A stretch of 64,000 bases of DNA from Asterias rubens (Eukaryota): the NCBI RefSeq assembly GCF_902459465.1, contig NW_022985694.1:1-64000 (forward strand), read 5' to 3'. The notes under the pieces were generated by a model. The model was not told where the DNA came from and did no database searches. It saw only the letters and a program-made list of their open reading frames with translations. Positions 1 through 12,700 of the stretch are shown piece by piece; positions within the stretch are counted from its first letter, which is position 1, and each line of letters starts with the position of its first letter. Position numbers and translations under genes: made by a program.

Positions 1-186
1 AGGGGGTACTTTAACTGCGGTGTGATCCCTAAAGGCAGTTTTTGTTTTTCAACATTTTTTCTTATTTTTTTTTCTTTACTTTATTTTTTTGGGGGGAGCC
101 CTAAAGCCACATAGTCCCTTCCCCCTAGATCCGCCAAAGGAATGCGAGATACTTGTTTTAATATCATTTTGCAAGACAATACTCAC

Positions 187-3100
187 CAGTTGTACATCAA
201 TAAAGGCTTTCATTGTTTCCTTTGGCCCAAATCTGCCACCAGTTTTCTTTTTGTCGCAGCCATCAAATATCATTGGAATGACAAAGAATGACAGGTTGAT
301 CTTCTCATCTGTTAAAAAAGAGTATGGAAATTTGAGCAAGTTATATCAACACTAGGATAATGGTCCAAAACAGTAATCATCAACCGCCTTAACTTTGCCA
401 TATTAGGATCAACTTCAATAGACCTTTATCATTGTGAGGCCATCTTGTATTTCTCCCATTGAAGTCATGTAACCAAACCGAGGCTGAAAGGACAAATAGT
501 TTGGTTCCTTTTTATATGTAAATAAATATGGGCAATCATTACTTTTATTGGATACTATGGCGCATGGCCAAAATGAATTCAGCATGATAAAGGCCTACAT
601 TCTGTGTGTCTTACCCAAGTTATCACCGTAATGAAGGAAATCATATTTACGTAAGGGAATTAGTCAATGCAGCATTTAATTGGAAATCCTCAGCCACTTC
701 AAATCTGGAGGATGTTGTCTTGAGAACACTCAAAATTATATTCTGAAAATTTACCAACTCTTCCAATGAATTAAGCAATGATCGGACAACCCGACATTCT
801 CAAAATGTGAAAAATACCTTCTGTCAGTTTCTTTACATCAGTACTGGCATCAAGACCTAACACATCCTTCCAAAGGGAAACATCTGTGTGGCATAATCTA
901 TCAGTGAGTCCGACAAGCCGCCCCATTTGTCAGTCAGTCTGTCAGCAACTTTTGGGTACATCAGCTGGAAGTCTTGCTCAATCTTAAGTAAAAGTGATTA
1001 AATGAAACATTCTTGTTGGTTGTGGAGCACTACATTGACTTCCCCAAAGCTAAATTACATGCTGACCAATATTGCAAACTCTTCAGAAACAAAGAAAATC
1101 AAAGTCAGCATTAGCTAGGACTGACTGGTTTTAAGGGTATGTAAAGCATTATGAGTACACAAAGAGTTATGAAAATGATGTATAAAACTTAACTAGTGCG
1201 AAGCAAAGACAATTAGAATTAACCAGGACTTCTGAGTGATAGCTACAGCACTACCAGGATGGTTTCAAGACTGTTATGGTAGCCTCCTAAATAATCATTA
1301 CCAAGTTTCTCACACCCCATAAATGTAATGCAGACAATATTATTCTCACTGCTTTGACAAATAAAGAGCTCGAGAAAAGAAGATATTGACTACCACAGTT
1401 TGAAATGATTTGACTTTGTAGTAACCTACCATCCCAATACCAAGCAGCCTGGGGAACTCCTCCAAGATTTCTGCAACAGTTCTCTCCCTATCTTTCACCC
1501 ATTCTGCCCTGTGCTTTGATGTCAATGACATGTACTCTTTGACTTTGGTAGTAGGTGCACAGTTGTCCTTTAGCCACTGAACCTTTGCAAGTACATCTTC
1601 GGCTGTCTCTTGCTTCTCATCGGGTTCATCAGGAGTTGCTGCACTTGCATTAACTGTTAAAAGTACAAACACATCAATATTATTATAACCTCCAGATAAA
1701 TTATATTAAATAATATCCATTCAGTCCCTTTGTATAGCGATTCATTAAATTTTGTCCTTGCTTCCATGTCCTGAACCAAGTTGGTTGGGTACTCCTGAGG
1801 CAACTCGTGAAGTTGAAAACTATGAGCACACTCTATTTATATGACATGACAATGACTTGTGCATCAGAAATACCACTTTCCTTTTTTTGTCCAGCCCCTA
1901 AAACACAAACTTCCTTGAGTGCTGTTGTTACACATTCCAAGCAAGCAATGCAAACAAGACCTGTGATAAAGAATCCTTTAGTATCTGTGGTGTAACACGG
2001 GCATGGGGCCTTCTAATTAATTTTGTTTTCTATTTATGTGGCATAGTTTTTTTGTTTTTTATGGGGCATTGGGGATTTTGTTATTTTGTTATATTTTTTT
2101 ATATTAGTTTTTGAGTTTTTGTTGTTGTCGTCGATGGTTTTTTTGTTTTTTTTTTTTTTTTTTGGGGGGGGGGGTAATAGGTCAATTACCTTGATGCTTT
2201 CCAACTTCCTCCTTCCTTCCTTGATGCTCTCCAACTTCCTCCTTCCTTATCATATTTTTCCTCACATAACGCAAGTGTTCTTCAAGATAACCACCTGCAG
2301 GGCATCCTTTGGATCCTTTAGTGTAAAAGGCTTCCTTTAGTAAAACAATGACAAAGCATATGTAAATTACACAGACAGGTCTAATTGTTTTTTCACATGC
2401 ACTGACAATTGTGACCATCCACCAGGAATGGGCTAAAAGTTGGGTTTTAGATTATTTGGCAAGTTAAGACTCCTGAAAATAAGTTTTAAAATTGTACATT
2501 GTGTGTTTGTGTTGCTTGGTGGACAGAAAATAAACGTCACCGCTTGTGACTAAATCTTGTGTTTTCTATTGTTGGACATACCTCAATATTATTATACCTA
2601 CTTTAAAGCCCATTTGTGGTGGACAGTCACAATTTGCCATACTTCATATGGAGTTGATTGTCTCATAACCTTCCAAGATGAAAGTATGTACACAAAATTT
2701 TAATAATTATTGAAATTTAATGTAGAATATATGAATATTCATAAGCTAAGTGAACCAAGTGTGCATACTATTTCCAATCTTCAGATAAAAGCTTTAATAG
2801 TCGTGGTGATGACTAGGGCCATTCAATTGTACAAGCCTCTCTGATTCGGATGGGTTGCCCTTCAATAAGGCAAACATTATACTTACATATCCTGTGATTC
2901 CTTGAGGGTCTTTCAGGCTTGGGAATGCAGCAATCACACTCTCAGCCAGAGCACTCTTTTCAAATGCACCAGGGCTGTAACATCAAAGAAAATACTTGCT
3001 TAAAACACAGCCATTTCTATAATGAGCATAAAGTGTGACATGGGAGAGGATTTAACGGAATAGTACCAACAAAATGAAGTACTTAGTACACTGCCATATA

Positions 3101-6100
3101 TTTTGGTCTGTGTTTTCAGGAATTGTATAGTAAGGACAAACATTTTGTCATCAATTTGTAGAAGGTATATGAATTAACAACATTTCAGCAAGCACATTTC
3201 AACAAACAGGAACAAGCATGTTTATGACTTATTGGCTGGCCTTGCTCATGCAAGACTTATTTTACTGTCATGAACATGTAATTTCTTTTAAACCTCATTA
3301 GTTTTTAAGTTTTGACTGCCCCAAAAACACTCTGGGTTGAGAATTTTGATTAAGCAGCATTTGAAAACTTTATTTTGTTATTTCTGTCATCCCTTTCCAG
3401 GCCATTCTGTCATTCTTGGTTACGTAAATCTAACACTTTTCAAATGACACTGTAACTTTTCAAATAAATTTATATTCTTTTCTTTTTATTTTAAAACCTT
3501 TTTGGAGCACGTATCAATCATGAACATCATTCTTGTCATTTGAACATGTTTCTCTTTTTCACAAAATTGGTGTGAAGGTTCCCATATCCATGTTGTCATT
3601 AACAAAATCCAACTTTATATTCGAATGGCCTTATAGACATGTACTTACTTTTTTCCATGATGGGAAATCAAGTAGCTCACTAATATCCTGACTAGTTGAT
3701 GCCTGACTTTTTTCGTCAAGAATCCAGATTGCTCGATGCTCCGAGTGACACTCTTTCCTTCTGGAGATTCACTAAGAATCTTCTTGGTATCCTGTTGAAC
3801 AGTGATATATATGAAGATTGGATATAATTGCTATAGTCTTTTACAGATTGGTATGCAAGGTAAACCGTTGTACACACTGAAAAAGGTGAGGAGTCCTTCA
3901 AATTTATCTTAATTGCTTTCATACATATCATTTCAAAATTGTCCCTTTCCCAAGGCCCCTATGTTTTCCCAATGGAATTCGGTCACCTTTTTAAAACTGA
4001 GAATGTCGGGGGGTTTACCCATACAAGTTGTGCATTGTCCTAAGGAAACTGTGTGTGGTAAAGATGGTAATATGTCTCTTTATACATTATGGGTAAGGAA
4101 GGGATACACAAAATATGCAAATATCAATGTTCAAGTCTACCATTGGTATACTTATAATTCCACACAACGGCATAGATGTAGGGTGATTATTCAATAATTG
4201 GGAACCCTTTCTTGTCTTCACTTTTCTTGTGCGACTTCATGAAGCTCAATCATCTTTTAGCAAAGCTGCTGTAAAACTATTAAAACAAAATCAGCAAACA
4301 ACCATTGAGCTACACACAATGAAAAACAGAAGCTCTATCTGCATAAAAATTAAAGATAATTAAGTTTAAAACAAACGTCTTACTTACAAACAAAAGTCTC
4401 TTCTGTCTTTTCATGGGTGGGGGTGACATCTGTGACAATGGAAAAAGCCCAACTGTCCGAGTCTGACAAAGAGGCTGCACTGGAAACATCCCCTGTTACT
4501 GGTGTGCCTAACACAGGTGCAACTTCACTGAAGTCCGAACTGGAACTCAGCATTGACTGACAATCAAAGAAGCCGTTTCCGGTCCAAAGTCAAGCATATC
4601 CCTTGGTAGCTGAATTGGTATTGCTGTTACCCGAGGTCCAAACTGTACAACAAACAAAAAGGGGCTAGATTAAATATAGATTACTTACTAAATTACCACT
4701 ACTCCTTCTGCCAGATGAAATTGGAATTGTCTCAAAGAAAAGCATAGAAAAGCAAAAATAACCATGCTTCTTACAGTAGTCTGTTTTATGTTTCCTAGTG
4801 AGGAAAAAAAGTAATAATAATGGTTCTGTATTAAACATACCAGTACAGTATCATCATACAAGGTTGAATGGTGTTATGATGTACCACGAAGAGTCGTCCT
4901 TACCACTGCACTTAGTTGCATGGAATGGTCTGCACACGAGAAGTTCTTTGGGCTGTTTGATGAAAACACTTTCAGACTCTTCCACAGCATAAGAGTGTCT
5001 ATGCCTGTTGTAATACTTGGTATGCCATGACCGTAGGACAAAGTAGATACTGCTCTCAACTATTATGATATGCTTTACTTGTGAGAATTGTGGCTCTTTG
5101 GCAGTCCAGTCAACCAGAATCATGCAGTTTGGTTTGTATGTATGTCTGAATGGAAACACTTCCTGACAAAATGACTTGAGCATCTTTTCCACACCCAAGG
5201 AAGGAACACACATCATTCACTTCATCCAGAGAAGAAACCAGAACAGAAATCTGATCCCTTACTTCTAATTCACTGTTCAATGGCTTCCTCAGTAAGAAAG
5301 TATAGCTTTGTTGCTGCTGATGCCTGATACTGACTGTCTTTGCAACATTCTTGTAATTGTTACAAGCTCTAGCCCACCTTTTAAAAGGTTTGTGCTTGCC
5401 CTCTTTGCGCATACTTGAGTACTGTTCCAGAGGTCCAAGAAGTTGTATTACCCGAGGGTAGTGGATTAAAAAATGCTGTTTCGGGATAAGGTGACGGTCT
5501 TGAAAGAGGCTCAGAAAGAGCCGATGATGGTCTGCAATCAAAGCTTTCAAAATGTATACGCCTGCATGGCTAATGCGTGGAGCTACTACGATTTTATATA
5601 TGTCAAGCAGCAACAGGAACATCTCCCACACATCAGATTCCTCATCTACCAAGTCACCAATGATCAAGGGAAGATACAAAGCTAAGATTCTTGTCTGTGC
5701 AGCCTTCTGACCACTTGAACCTGATGGATTCCTGAGTGCTGAATCCTGAATTATACTTGGTTTACTTTTTTTATCCGCAAACCCATAGCCAAATGAAGAA
5801 ATGCGATTGTTTACTTCTTCAAGAGTAAAACATCCTTCCAATGAGCTCACCAAGAGTAAGTTTTATTTCAAGTGGGAAAATACCCTCAAGTAAGTCATGC
5901 ATTACATCATGTTACATGATTGTCGGTGACATGGAAGCCAGTCAACTTATTCAGTTCAGAAGACCGTTTGATCCCTGTCTTTGAGACATTGTCCAACACA
6001 AGGTCCGCTTCAAAGCTGTTTTTGTCTCTTAAAAGTGACACATCTTCTACAAGTTGCTTTTTAGTGATCTCCTTTGGTGCCTTGCAAAACCGACAAGGAT

Positions 6101-7444
6101 AGTTAGCACTGAAGCTACCTACAAAACCGAGTGTTTCATGAAGCCCTAAGTTGTCACCTATCACCTGAAAAACAACTGGTCTTACCAAGCCTGAATAGGA
6201 TTGACAAGAAACTTCTATTCCCTGTCTTTCGATATCATTCAGGTCTTTCACAATCACTGATAGTATGCTGTCAATGCCATATTTGGCAACTTCAGATCTT
6301 TTTGCACACGCTGCCAATAAAATGTTACTAAGAGAAGCCTGGAACTGAGCAGGCAGACAAAGCAGACTAATATAAAGCCAGTGAGTTATTTATTCCTTTT
6401 TTAGAACCGAGGGGGTTCCCTGTTTCATAATCATCACAATACAATAGAATAGGGATGACAACATCGGCACTTGCAGAAAATTTACCCTTAAAGTAACTTC
6501 CATCGCGATAGGACTGTAACACAAGCCATCCTCACAGGGTTTTGATGAAGAATTGCAGCCATCACTCCTGGCTGCTCCAGATGTTTCCTGAGTGTTTTCT
6601 TCATGGGAACATATTGGAAGCTGTCATTTTTTACTTTCTGTTTTACTCCTCCAGTTGAGGTATCACTCTGTGATGTGAATGACTGACCCAGCACCCTTTC
6701 CTCTGGGCTGATGAAATATCCCTTATCTTTGAAGTATTTGTCCTGTTGGTACTGTGATCGAAGGCCTTCAAAGGTTTTTTTTACAACCTCACATTCTTGA
6801 AAAACTGTTTCAAATTTTGAGAGATTTGCCTCCTTGAACTGTGTTTGAACCTCTTCCACAATAGAGGAAAGCTTATGCTGTAGATGATTAGCAATGATCT
6901 CCACCAGCCCTTCAACTTCATATATGATCTGTTGCACATTGGATATGGTATAGCAGTTGCTTTCATGTTCGCTACAAAATAAGAAACTGCTTCAGCAAGG
7001 GTATCTTTGCATGTTTGTCGATCTTCATCCAAACTTTCATTATCTTGCACGTCCATTCCTTCATATCCACCACGCCATGCTCATTTTCTGATTCTTCACC
7101 TTGGGTATGTTCTTGCATGTCTGCATGCTTTGCCAATATGACGTCGATAACGATAATGAGAAAATGCCAAACAGCCATCTTGTCTACATATGACAAATGT
7201 TGATGCACCAGAATGTAAACTATGGATGTATTTTAGGTGATTGAAAAGACCCTTAATTCCCCCATGGACTTCAGATAAGCACTTGTAGCACAACATAGTT
7301 TCTTCTTACAATACTAAAAAGGCAAACAACTCACTTGCTTTTTCCACTTTGCCAAGAACTTAACTCGCAACCCAACTTTTGGAATTAGCGGTGTAATGTC
7401 CTCTTCTCTTAACAGCTCCAAGGCTTCTATATCTATTGCATTAT
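187..7444 (-). pseudogene. Mirror-image copy of the element A SAM-domain accessory gene (exons on the minus strand; last exon falls outside the window)
   Basis: Reverse complement of exons 9713-17011. The SAM exon is at 7335-7444, the EAFYTKGSKGCPAGGYLEEHLRY exon is in ORF 2182..2418, and the DEKINLSFFV exon is at 187-308. Confidence 0.85.
4854..7296 (-). pseudogene. Mirror-image copy of the element A EnSpm-type transposase, broken by several small indels
   Basis: ORFs 7096..7296, 6781..7056, 6488..6937, 5907..6317, 5110..5853 and 4854..5216 are consecutive pieces of the protein encoded from 9861. Confidence 0.93.
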
Positions 7445-8699
7445 CTGTGTGAAAAATGAATAAAACATAACTGATACTAAATTTTCTACTCAGAATGTTT
7501 TACTAGTTACAAAAATGTAAATACATTAAGAAGAGTTTTCTCAAGTGCTGGGGTTATGAAAACAGCTGAATGTTTTTGTGTACTATAACATGTCCTAGTG
7601 ATTTAATTTAATTGTTTTAATTTAGTATGAGGCACTTAAACTTAAAATTGAGCAAAATGATCATGACACACAACTGCTATACAGTGTTAGTAACTATAAT
7701 AAAACAGTGCAGTCAATAGGCCTAAGGCCTAGTAAGTCCTAAATTGTAAATGGTAAAAATTCTATCTCAAAAACACAAAGTCTCAACGACTATGTTGACG
7801 CGGCACCAGACTAACATTTTTCTAGGTAGGTGCTACAATTTTAAGTCCCAAAAGACAGTCACTGCCCATGTTCAGAAAGCCCCAGTAAAAATAACGTAAA
7901 ATATATGCTACATGTACAGTGCAAAACTGCAAGTACATGTACAAAACTACAAGAATACCAGTGCCAATATATTATACCAGTGCCAACACATCTACTGCTA
8001 AGTAAAATAGACACTACACATTAGAAAATGTAAAAACATGGACAGTTCTTTAAAAAGTTTAACTTAAAGTTGCATAAAATAGATGCCATGCAATGTTTTT
8101 TTGCCCAACCAGTAATACTTTTGCAGGAACCCTACTCAAAAGTTGGGCATGACTAAATTTGGCATGTTTAAAATAAATTCACTTAAATTTGCATAAAGAC
8201 ATGTCATGCAATGTTTTTTGCCCAACTATATTACTATTGCAGGAACCCTACTCAAAAGTTGGGCATGATGGGTTTGACAATGCCCAACCTTTATTGGAAG
8301 AAATATCCCACTCAAACATTGGGTATTACGCATATTACAATAACCCAACTAATGAAAGAAACTAGGACTTTTGCCTAAAAGTTGAACGTTAGTAGCTCTA
8401 ACATTGCTCAAAAGTTGGACAGCAAGGCTTAACTTACATGACATGAGTTATGGCAAGTTGTCTGCTGGAAATTGTAAAAAAAAAATTAAAAGCAAAAAAG
8501 CAAAACACAAAGGATGAAACCGACAAAAAATGTATGCGTTTGTTAAAAATATGGTATGGCGTTTTTTTGCTTGTTTGTTTGGTAGATATTTGGTTCAGTT
8601 GTATGTGTGTGTGTGGTTTTTTGTCGGTTTTCATCCTTTTGTTTTTGCTTTTTTGCTTTTAATTTTTTTTTTTACAATTTCCAGCAGACAACTTGCCAT

Positions 8700-9110
8700 A
8701 ACTCATGTCATGTAAGTTAAGCCTTGCTGTCCAACTTTTGAGCAATGTTAGAGCTACTAACGTTCAACTTTTAGGCAAAAGTCCTAGTTTCTTTCATTAG
8801 TTGGGTTATTGTAATATGCGTAATACCCAATGTTTGAGTGGGATATTTCTTCCAATAAAGGTTGGGCATTGTCAACACCCATCATGCCCAACTTTTGAGT
8901 AGGGTTCCTGCAATAGTAATACTAGTTGGGCAAAAAACATTGCATGACATGTCATTTATGCAAATTTAAGTTGAATTTTATTTTAAACATGCCAAATTTA
9001 GTCATGCCCAACTTTTGAGTAGGGTTCCTGCAAAAGTATTACTGGTTGGGCAAAAAACATTGCATGGCATCTATTTTATGCAACTTTAAGTTAAACTTTT
9101 TAAAGAACTG
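8700..9110 (+). repeat. Left subterminal repeats of element A (~120-bp duplicated unit, core catgcccaacttttgagtagggttcctgcaa)
   Basis: The core occurs at ~8883 and ~9003, with further ccaacttt copies at ~8730 and ~8765. Confidence 0.7.
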
Positions 9111-9712
9111 TCCATGTTTTTACATTTTCTAATGTGTAGTGTCTATTTTTACTTAGCAGTAGATGTGTTGGCACTGGTATAATATATTGGCACTGGTATT
9201 CTTGTAGTTTTTGTACATGTACTTGCAGTTTTGCACTGTACATGTAGCATATATTTTACGTTATTTTTACTGGGGCTTTCTGAACATGGGCAGTGACTGT
9301 CTTTTGGGACTTAAAAATTGTAGCACCTACCTAGAAAAATGTTAGTCTGGTGCCGCGTCAACATAGTCGTTGAGACTTTGTGTTTTTGAGATAGAATTTT
9401 TACCATTTTACAATTTAGGACTTACTAGGCCTTAGGCCTATTGACTGCACTGTTTTATTATAGTTACTAACACTGTATAGCAGTTGTGTGTCATGATCAT
9501 TTTGCTCAATTTTAAGTTTAAGTGCCTCATACTAAATTAAAACAATTAAATTAAATCACTAGGACATGTTATAGTACACAAAAACATTCAGCTGTTTTCA
9601 TAACCCCAGCACTTGAGAAAACTCTTCTTAATGTATTTACATTTTTGTAACTAGTAAAACATTCTGAGTAGAAAATTTAGTATCAGTTATGTTTTATTCA
9701 TTTTTCACACAG

Positions 9713-12700
9713 ATAATGCAATAGATATAGAAGCCTTGGAGCTGTTAAGAGAAGAGGACATTACACCGCTAATTCCAAAAGTTGGGTTGCGAGTTAAGTT
9801 CTTGGCAAAGTGGAAAAAGCAAGTGAGTTGTTTGCCTTTTTAGTATTGTAAGAAGAAACTATGTTGTGCTACAAGTGCTTATCTGAAGTCCATGGGGGAA
9901 TTAAGGGTCTTTTCAATCACCTAAAATACATCCATAGTTTACATTCTGGTGCATCAACATTTGTCATATGTAGACAAGATGGCTGTTTGGCATCATTTTC
10001 TCATTTATCGTCATATCGACGTCATATCTTGGCAAAGCATGCAGACATGCAAGAACATACCCAAGGTGAAGAATCAGAAAATGAGCATGGCGCTGGTGGA
10101 TATGAAGGAATGGACGTGCAAGATAATGAAAGTTTGGATGAAGATCGACAAACATGCAAAGATACCCTTGCTGAAGCAGTTTCTTATTTTGTAGCGAACA
10201 TGAAAGCAACTGCTATACCATATTCCAATGTGCAACAGATCATATATGAAGTTGAAGGGCTGGTGGAGATCATTGCTAATCATCTACAGCATAAGCTTTC
10301 CTCTATTGTGGAAGAGGTTCAAACACAGTTCAAGGAGGCAAATCTCTCAAAATTTGAAACAGTTTTTCAAGAATGTGAGGTTGTAAAAAAAACCTTTGAA
10401 GGCCTTCGATCACAGTACCAACAGGACAAATACTTCAAAGATAAGGGATATTTCATCAGCCCAGAGGAAAGGGTGCTGGGTCAGTCATTCACATCACAGA
10501 GTGATACCTCAACTGGAGGAGTAAAACAGAAAGTAAAAAATGACAGCTTCCAATATGTTCCCATGAAGAAAACACTCAGGAAACATCTGGAGCAGCCAGG
10601 AGTGATGGCTGCAATTCTTCATCAACAACCCTGTGAGGATGGCTTGTTGTTACAGTCCTATCGCGATGGAAGTTACTTTAAGGGTAAATTTTCTGCAAGT
10701 GCCGATGTTGTCATCCCTATTCTATTGTATTGTGATGATTATGAAACAGGGAACCCCCTCGGTTCTAAAAAAGGAATAAATAAACTCACTGGCTTTTATA
10801 TTAGTCTGCTTTGTCTGCCTGCTCAGTTCCAGGCTTCTCTTAGTAACATTTTATTGGCAGCGTGTGCAAAAAGATCTGAAGTTGCCAAATATGGCATTGA
10901 CAGCATACTATCAGTGATTGTGAAAGACCTGAATGATATCGAAAGACAGGGAATAGAAGTTTCTTGTCAATCCTATTCAGGCTTGGTAAGACCAGTTGTT
11001 TTTCAGGTGATAGGTGACAACTTAGGGCTTCATGAAACACTCGGTTTTGTAGGTAGCTTCAGTGCTAACTATCCTTGTCGGTTTTGCAAGGCACCAAAGG
11101 AGATCACTAAAAAGCAACTTGTAGAAGATGTGTCACTTTTAAGAGACAAAAACAGCTTTGAAGCGGACCTTGTGTTGGACAATGTCTCAAAGACAGGGAT
11201 CAAACGGTCTTCTGAACTGAATAAGTTGACTGGCTTCCATGTCACCGACAATCATGTAACTGATGTAATGCATGACTTACTTGAGGGTATTTTCCCACTT
11301 GAAATAAAACTTACTCTTGGTGAGCTCATTGATGAAGGATGTTTTACTCTTGAAGAAGTAAACAATCGCATTTCTTCATTTGGCTATGGGTTTGCGGATA
11401 AAAAAAGTAAACCAAGTATAATTCAGGATTCAGCACTCAGGAATCCATCAGGTTCAAGTGGTCAGAAGGCTGCACAGACAAGAATCTTAGCTTTGTATCT
11501 TCCCTTGATCATTGGTGACTTGGTAGATGAGGAATCTGATGTGTGGGAGATGTTCCTGTTGCTGCTTGACATATATAAAATCGTAGTAGCTCCACGCATT
11601 AGCCATGCAGGCGTATACATTTTGAAAGCTTTGATTGCAGACCATCATCGGCTCTTTCTGAGCCTCTTTCAAGACCGTCACCTTATCCCGAAACAGCATT
11701 TTTTAATCCACTACCCTCGGGTAATACAACTTCTTGGACCTCTGGAACAGTACTCAAGTATGCGCAAAGAGGGCAAGCACAAACCTTTTAAAAGGTGGGC
11801 TAGAGCTTGTAACAATTACAAGAATGTTGCAAAGACAGTCAGTATCAGGCATCAGCAGCAACAAAGCTATACTTTCTTACTGAGGAAGCCATTGAACAGT
11901 GAATTAGAAGTAAGGGATCAGATTTCTGTTCTGGTTTCTTCTCTGGATGAAGTGAATGTGTGTTCCTTCCTTGGGTGTGGAAAAGATGCTCAAGTCATTT
12001 TGTCAGGAAGTGTTTCCATTCAGACATACACATACAAACCAAACTGCATGATTCTGGTTGACTGGACTGCCAAAGAGCCACAATTCTCACAAGTAAAGCA
12101 TCATAATAGTTGAGAGCAGTATCTACTTTGTCCTACGGTCATGGCATACCAAGTATTACAACAGGCATAGACACTCTTATGCTGTGGAAGAGTCTGAAAG
12201 TGTTTTCATCAAACAGCCCAAAGAACTTCTCGTGTGCAGACCATTCCATGCAACTAAGTGCAGTGGTAAGGACGACTCTTCGTGGTACATCATAACACCA
12301 TTCAACCTTGTATGATGATACTGTACTGGTATGTTTAATACAGAACCATTATTATTACTTTTTTTCCTCACTAGGAAACATAAAACAGACTACTGTAAGA
12401 AGCATGGTTATTCTTTGCTTTTCTATGCTTTTCTTTGAGACAATTCCAATTTCATCTGGCAGAAGGAGTAGTGGTAATTTAGTAAGTAATCATATATTTA
12501 ATCTAGCCCCTTTTTGTATTTTGTTGTACAGTTTGGACCTCGGGTAACAGCAATACCAATTCAGCTACCAAGGGATATGCTTGACTTTGGACCGGAAACG
12601 GCTTCTTTTGATTGTCAGTCAATGCTGAGTTCCAGTTCGGACTTCAGTGAAGTTGCACCTGTGTTAGGCACACCAGTAACAGGGGATGTTTCCAGTGCAG

